Below, one piece after another: positions 63,702-64,000 of a DNA stretch of 64,000 bases. This stretch comes from Malacoraja senta. Taxonomy: Eukaryota. Every line of letters starts with the position of its first letter. Within the stretch, counting starts at the first letter, position 1. Position numbers and translations under genes: made by a program. Below the pieces are notes generated by a model. The model had not been told where the DNA came from, made no database searches, and saw only the letters and a list, made by a program, of their open reading frames with translations. The DNA lies in contig CM075989.1 of the NCBI GenBank assembly GCA_038087875.1, positions 11,470,001-11,534,000 on the forward strand, given 5' to 3'.

Positions 63702-64000
63702 TTGTTGAGCTTCATTATCTGTACTCGTTCTCACATAGGTCGCAGCTAACAATGGCCTTTATCCTTTATCATTGTTACTTTTTTGCATATCTTTCATTCA
63801 TTTGTTCTATATCTCTCTCTATACCACCAACTATATCTCTCGTTTCCCTTTCCCCCCCGACAGTCTGAAGGGTCTCGACCCGAAACATCACCTATTCCCT
63901 TTCTCCAATGATGCTGTCTGACACGCTGAGTTACTCCAGCTTTGTGTCTATCATCAGTTCAAACTGCAGTTCATTCCTACATACAAGGTTAGTATCACAG

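Larger units (their letters stand above)
62520..63985 (+). mobile_element. Penelope-like element 3' part with two nested insertions
   Basis: IGETKRRLGDCFAEHLRSV...SPSHTDLSVLGLLHCQSEAKRKLEEQHLIFRIG (GIY-YIG), 3' UTR, and a terminal repeat with a degenerate core at ~63863-63892. Confidence 0.88.

Noticed and set aside
56282-64000. GOLM2 first exon and promoter within the window
   Set aside because: No TM/FNYW-coding segment or CpG island was found; the CpG-richer stretch at 62500-63300 is Penelope and nested retroposon sequence.

Overview
AT-rich, repeat-dense vertebrate genomic DNA. The repeat content (HER1/CR1 LINEs, HE1-like V-SINEs, abundant Penelope-like elements) points to a cartilaginous fish, probably a skate or ray; this is inference. 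One protein-coding gene is visible, on the minus strand: GOLM2 (CASC4), a type II Golgi membrane coiled-coil protein. Ten GT-AG exons from 56279 down to 5601 splice into an open frame of 1392 nt (463 aa plus stop), followed by a repeat-free 3' UTR of about 2 kb. I did not find the first coding exon (cytosolic tail plus TM domain), so it presumably lies beyond 64000. The introns hold CR1/HER1, Rex1/Babar, L2 and Penelope-like retroelements, V-SINEs, a deleted Tc1, hAT elements, MITEs and non-autonomous Helitrons. The most notable observations are: (1) many short Penelope-derived mini-elements (~90-200 bp), most carrying a minimal hammerhead-ribozyme-like core, several with 9-18 bp target-site duplications and fold-back structure; (2) a ~450-bp direct duplication bracketing the acidic 168-nt exon, with one copy between G-runs; (3) a possible read-through alternative C-terminus, a candidate extra exon, and an intron apparently absent from the mammalian gene. 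Most entries in the supplied ORF track are spurious or transposon-derived.
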